Virus record (IMG/VR): IMGVR_UViG_3300045988_159685
Source: a virus
Strand: one strand, 5' to 3'
Length of the DNA stretch: 64,000 bases
Shown: in pieces, positions 63,928 to 64,000 of the stretch
Numbering within the stretch: the first letter of the stretch is position 1
Layout: the number at the start of each line of letters is the position of its first letter
Notes under the pieces: model-generated
Seen by the model: only the letters and a program-made list of their open reading frames with translations
Database searches by the model: none
What the model was told of the DNA's origin: nothing
Translations under genes and position numbers: made by a program

Positions 63928-64000
63928 AAAATTCAAGCAATAGGCATGGGCAACAACCCAATGGTTGGTGCTACAGTTGCTTGCGCAGTTGCAGTTGAAG

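Noticed and set aside
1-64000. Stop-codon reassignment (as in some large gut phages)
   Set aside because: Long uninterrupted ORFs with RBSs exist under the standard code. All three stops terminate well-supported genes: TAA is common, TAG ends 19807-22530 and 13661-13834, and TGA ends 34433-34723 and 43440-43625.
63946-64000. ORF start MGNNPMVGATVACAVAVE.. at the right edge
   Set aside because: Only 18 codons are visible and the RBS is weak. This is insufficient to call a CDS.

Overview
This window is a 64-kb slice of a large, AT-rich tailed-phage genome or prophage. GGAGG-type RBSs, a GH25 endolysin, an LL-H-type holin, XkdX and BspA-type LRRs point to a Firmicutes/Clostridia-type host. There are two divergent arms. 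The left arm (1-17200, all minus strand) holds accessory/early-type genes. It contains an 8-member family of ~90-110 aa proteins starting M..(I/V)GDKVR(I/V)RRxKDLxCE(Y/F) and two large Cys/His-motif paralogs that flank a PepT-like metallopeptidase, a tandem-repeat protein and an HNH endonuclease. It also contains a ParB-like protein, an HTH regulator with palindromic operator repeats, and DUF4314-like and small membrane proteins. Interspersed are 7 tRNA genes (three divergent Glu-CUC-like, two Lys-UUU, Gln-UUG, Leu-UAA) plus degenerate tRNA-like remnants. The centre (17213-19806) is a ~1.2-kb ORF-poor region, a short tyrosine recombinase behind a perfect TTGACA-17-TATAAT promoter, and an AT-rich polypurine/(TA)n/palindrome region that may be an origin. 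The right arm (19807-63485, plus strand) begins with a 907-aa protein carrying YonO/RdRP-type two-barrel RNA polymerase motifs (FFSSSAGQIRTKK; CLRSPHLY...QFDNDGD). It continues with a metallophosphoesterase, HU, an aberrant tRNA-Met(CAU)-like gene and a second tyrosine recombinase. Packaging, head and tail genes follow (TerL, portal, capsid, tail tube). The tape-measure region is split into two >1100-aa ORFs by a 2.6-kb convergent moron cassette with its own consensus promoters and a bidirectional terminator. Next come Dit/Tal (with an LRR domain), a Peptidase_G2-type fibre and a holin/endolysin cassette. The arm ends with a second, compositionally mosaic fibre module (XkdX) and a small HExxH protein. 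All protein family calls come from motif recognition by eye; no database search was possible.
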